Assembly (NCBI GenBank): GCA_036785375.1
Contig: JAWMAR010000160.1
Location: 4,278,001-4,342,000, forward strand
Length of the DNA: 64,000 nucleotides
Source of the DNA: Leucoraja ocellata
Lineage: Eukaryota
Direction of reading: 5' to 3'
How positions within the stretch are numbered: the stretch's first letter is position 1; each line of letters opens with the position of its first letter. Of this stretch, positions 63,613 through 64,000 are shown piece by piece. Position numbers and translations under genes: made by a program. Below the pieces are notes generated by a model. The model saw nothing but the letters and a program-made list of their open reading frames with translations, did no database searches and was not told the origin of the DNA.

Positions 63613-64000
63613 AAAGATAGTGGTCCTGAGTTACCATTGACCTCATTGGAGACCCTTGGACTATCTTTAATTAAACTTGACTGGACTTTATCTTGCACAG
63701 AACATTACTTATTTTAATCTGTATCGGTACACTGTGGGCAGCTCCATTGTAATAATGTATAGTCTTTCCGCTGGCTCGGTAGCACACAACACAAAAAAAA
63801 AGCTTTTCACTTTACCTCGTTACACATGACAATAAACTAAACTAATTAAGATCTCATCAATCTCTGCTTTAAAAATACCCAAATATTTTGGCCTCCACAG
63901 CCATCTGTGGCAATCCTTTTATTCCTTTTATTCTGTGACTGCCCTCTGTTCCCATTACTGGAAATATCCTCTCCACATCCAGATCAAAGATATTATGCTG

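Overview
Repeat-rich, CpG-depleted vertebrate DNA with no long ORFs. The repeat complement (V-SINE/HE1-type SINEs, CR1/HER1-type LINEs, Rex1-like, Tx1 and Penelope fragments) suggests a cartilaginous fish such as a skate or ray (inference). The window appears to be the 5' intronic part of a + strand cAMP-dependent protein kinase catalytic-subunit gene (PRKACA/PRKACB family). It holds a long Cbeta2/CalphaL-type alternative first exon (23853-24057), a probable short alternative first exon (45338-45359) and the 62-nt common exon 2 (62842-62903). The main findings are two ribozyme-bearing retroposon families. (1) A ~140-bp TSD-flanked short element, present twice on the - strand, starts exactly at G1 of a 54-nt minimal HDV/CPEB3-like ribozyme fold and ends in a (GAA)n tail. 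(2) About 20 Penelope-derived terminal fragments mostly carry a minimal hammerhead core (intact, decayed or truncated), and include inverted pairs and a 6x39-bp array of the core. A ~2.1-kb inversion with a staggered-break signature splits a CR1 copy. A ~200-N assembly gap is present. Repeat boundaries were read by eye and are approximate unless TSDs are quoted.
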